A DNA stretch of 26,851 bases, from IMG/VR virus record IMGVR_UViG_2802429248_000006, positions 1 through 26,851 of that record. One strand, given 5' to 3'. The position numbers and the translations under genes were made by a program. Source of the stretch: a virus (lineage: Duplodnaviria > Heunggongvirae > Uroviricota > Caudoviricetes). The notes under the pieces are model-generated. The model saw nothing but the letters and a program-made list of their open reading frames with translations. It made no database searches and was not told where the DNA came from. This document shows positions 25,799 through 26,851 of the stretch, piece by piece (position 1 is the first letter of the stretch; each line of letters begins with the position of its first letter).

Positions 25799-26851
25799 AT
25801 GGCAGTACGAAAACTCACCACAGGAAAATGGCTTTGCGAATGTTACCCCGCCGGACGTAGTGGGCGTCGGGTGCGTAAACAATTCGCCACCAAAGGCGAA
25901 GCTCTGGCTTTTGAGCGCCACACGATGGAAGAAACCGAAGCAAAGCCCTGGCTGGGTGAATCAGTGGATCGTCGAACACTGAAAGACGTGGTTGAGCTAT
26001 GGTTCAAACTACATGGTAAATCTCTGACAGCTGGGCAGCATGTCTATGACAAATTGCTGTTGATGGTTGACGCTCTGGGCAATCCTCTTGCAACCGATCT
26101 CACCTCTAAAATGTTTGCCCACTATCGAGATAAACGCCTGACAGGCGAGATCTACTTCAGCGAGAAATGGAAGAAAGGAGCAAGCCCGGTCACCATTAAC
26201 CTGGAGCAAAGCTATCTAAGTAGTGTTTTTAGCGAACTATCCCGTCTGGGCGAATGGTCGTATCCGAACCCACTGGAGAACATGCGAAAATTCACCATCG
26301 CAGAAAAAGAGATGGCATGGCTTACCCATGAGCAGATTGTTGAATTGCTGGCTGATTGCAAACGTCAGGACCCAATTCTGGCACTGGTAGTTAAGATATG
26401 CTTAAGCACAGGCGCACGCTGGCGTGAAGCCGTAAATCTTACCCGCTCACAGGTGACCAAATACCGAATTACCTTTGTCAGAACGAAGGGGAAGAAAAAC
26501 AGAAGCATCCCTATCAGTAAAGAGCTTTACGAAGAGATCATGGCGCTTGATGGGTTCAATTTCTTTACAGACTGCTATTTTCAATTTTTATCCGTGATGG
26601 AAAAAACGTCTATCGTGCTCCCTCGCGGTCAACTCACACACGTTCTGCGCCATACGTTTGCGGCGCACTTCATGATGTCGGGTGGAAACATTCTCGCCTT
26701 ACAAAAAATTCTCGGACACCACGATATAAAAATGACTATGCGTTACGCACATCTGGCACCAGATCATCTGGAAACGGCGCTCCGTTTCAATCCTCTGGCA
26801 ACGCTGCCAAGTGGCGACAAAGTGGCGGCAGCGGTTGGCATTACCCCGTAA
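25799..26851 (+). CDS. int: Tyrosine integrase (P2/186 Int family)
   Basis: 350-aa ORF; N-terminus parallels P2 Int (MAVRKLTTGKW...RRVRKQFATKGEALAFERHT); C-terminal catalytic region (HVLRHTFAAHF...LGHHDIKMTMRYAHL); stop is the last codon of the window. Confidence 0.95.
   Translation: MAVRKLTTGKWLCECYPAGRSGRRVRKQFATKGEALAFERHTMEETEAKPWLGESVDRRTLKDVVELWFKLHGKSLTAGQHVYDKLLLMVDALGNPLATDLTSKMFAHYRDKRLTGEIYFSEKWKKGASPVTINLEQSYLSSVFSELSRLGEWSYPNPLENMRKFTIAEKEMAWLTHEQIVELLADCKRQDPILALVVKICLSTGARWREAVNLTRSQVTKYRITFVRTKGKKNRSIPISKELYEEIMALDGFNFFTDCYFQFLSVMEKTSIVLPRGQLTHVLRHTFAAHFMMSGGNILALQKILGHHDIKMTMRYAHLAPDHLETALRFNPLATLPSGDKVAAAVGITP

Larger units (their letters stand above)
1..26851. mobile_element. 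P2/186-family prophage, partial: integrase-proximal end through tail-fibre module; tail sheath/tube/tape-measure/D/ogr expected beyond the left edge
   Basis: Collinear P2-type gene order and recognisable P2/186 protein families across the whole window; int stop codon ends at 26851. Confidence 0.9.

Noticed and set aside
1-26851. CRISPR arrays, tRNA or rRNA genes
   Set aside because: No regularly spaced short direct repeats and no tRNA-like or rRNA-like segments noticed by eye; the attachment-site tRNA, if any, would lie beyond the int end of the window.

Overview
This window is almost entirely one P2/186-family (peduovirus-like) prophage of an enterobacterial host, read from the integrase end (right edge; int stop is the last base) to the tail-fibre module (left edge). 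On the minus strand it carries the classic late-gene run G-H-I-J-W-V-S-R-lysC-lysB-lysA-K-Y-X-L-M-N-O, with P (large terminase) and Q (portal) on the plus strand. The early/lysogeny region looks 186-like: int, a CI-like repressor, Apl/Cox-like, CII-like, small ORFs, a TraR/DksA-type zinc finger, and replication gene A. Several accessory insertions sit on this backbone. The most interesting is an AT-rich 367-aa gene wedged between Q and the putative cos site, with a PIN-like N-terminus and an unknown C-terminal domain; I read it as a candidate single-gene anti-phage defence, but this is inference from motifs only. Others are an OLD-family ATPase/TOPRIM nuclease inside the cI-int operon, a Dam methylase plus PAPS-reductase/DndC-like pair translationally coupled to gene A, a LexA-box-controlled module with a frameshifted DinI-like gene, a CI repressor with a tandemly duplicated DNA-binding domain, and an invertible tail-fibre segment bounded by gix/cix/hix-type crossover sites (one cut by the window edge). 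No rRNA, tRNA or CRISPR array was seen. All calls rest on reading the six-frame translations and the DNA by eye; no searches were run. The ORF track translates GTG/TTG starts as M, and my base indexing disagreed with the track by 1 nt in at least two places, so single-base coordinates are approximate.
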